Shown piece after piece: positions 38,362 to 38,738 of a stretch of 38,738 nt of DNA. Location of the stretch: IMG/VR virus record IMGVR_UViG_3300042807_000094; one strand, given 5' to 3'. Within the stretch, counting starts at the first letter, position 1. Each line of letters opens with the position of its first letter. The position numbers and the translations under genes were made by a program. The stretch comes from a virus. The notes below the pieces were generated by a model. The model was not told the origin of the DNA. It searched no databases and saw only the letters and a list, made by a program, of their open reading frames with translations.

Positions 38362-38738
38362 TCATCTATCCTCTTCTTTATTGTAGTTTGATAACTTCCC
38401 ATCTATACCAGAATATTCAGAATATTTTGGCCTATAGTCTTCTCCAAGCCAGCCAACAGTTTCTGCCAAGGTTCTACTGTTACTTGGCGACCCGTCATAG
38501 AGTGAGAAGTCTTTTAGCTTATCGCCATGACCGAGTTCAACCAACTCTTCCCATAACTCAGTACCGGGAAAGGGAACGCAATCACTTATTTGCCAATGAA
38601 CTCTATTATTGTTCTTCCTGCCCAAAGCTTCTAGTTCTTTTAAGATCTCCTGATCTCTTTCCCAACTTCCCGCCTTTTCACCGGGAAGGTTCTTCATTGT
38701 TGTAAAATGAAACTCCATATTAGAGAAGTTAGTCACAA
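38362..38738 (-). CDS. C-terminal end of a probable radical SAM protein (partial; starts beyond the right edge)
   Basis: HFTTMKNLPGE and VPFPGTELWE resemble the GxPGE and PxPGTxL motifs that end radical SAM barrels, including B12-dependent ones. The CxxxCxxC motif is not in the window. Confidence 0.55.
   Translation of the reverse strand, partial: VTNFSNMEFHFTTMKNLPGEKAGSWERDQEILKELEALGRKNNNRVHWQISDCVPFPGTELWEELVELGHGDKLKDFSLYDGSPSNSRTLAETVGWLGEDYRPKYSEYSGIDGKLSNYNKEEDR

Noticed and set aside
1-38738. Stop-codon recoding, tRNAs, CRISPR arrays, introns/inteins, diversity-generating retroelement
   Set aside because: Standard-code ORFs tile the window and end in TAA, TAG and TGA. The gaps are too short for RNA genes or arrays, and no reverse transcriptase, homing endonuclease or intein motif was noticed.

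Overview
Part of the genome of a large, AT-rich (about 60% A+T) contractile-tailed (myo-type) bacteriophage, using the standard code with every credible gene on the minus strand. In transcription order (right to left): (i) a translationally coupled glycan module (C-terminus of a probable radical SAM protein, SAM methyltransferase, fcl, gmd, SDR epimerase, short UDP-glucose-type dehydrogenase); (ii) small genes including an FmdB-type zinc ribbon and a phage sigma factor; (iii) a tail/baseplate module with two tandem paralogues that share a gp5/gpV-like OB-fold N-terminus but carry different enzyme domains (SleB-like and SGNH-like), a separate HxH spike gene, two large unknown proteins, gp25-like and gp6-like wedge genes, a DNRLRE-like protein, a 2971-aa LamG/gp7-like protein and further large probable virion proteins. 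The strongest unexplained signals are the near-total absence of the tetramer AATT (3 found by hand, a few hundred expected), the duplicated spike-base genes with different catalytic domains, a CTAYYTAT motif before the structural genes, and a [ST]-[GAS]-S tripeptide enriched in two baseplate proteins. All family assignments come from motif recognition by eye, and counts are manual.
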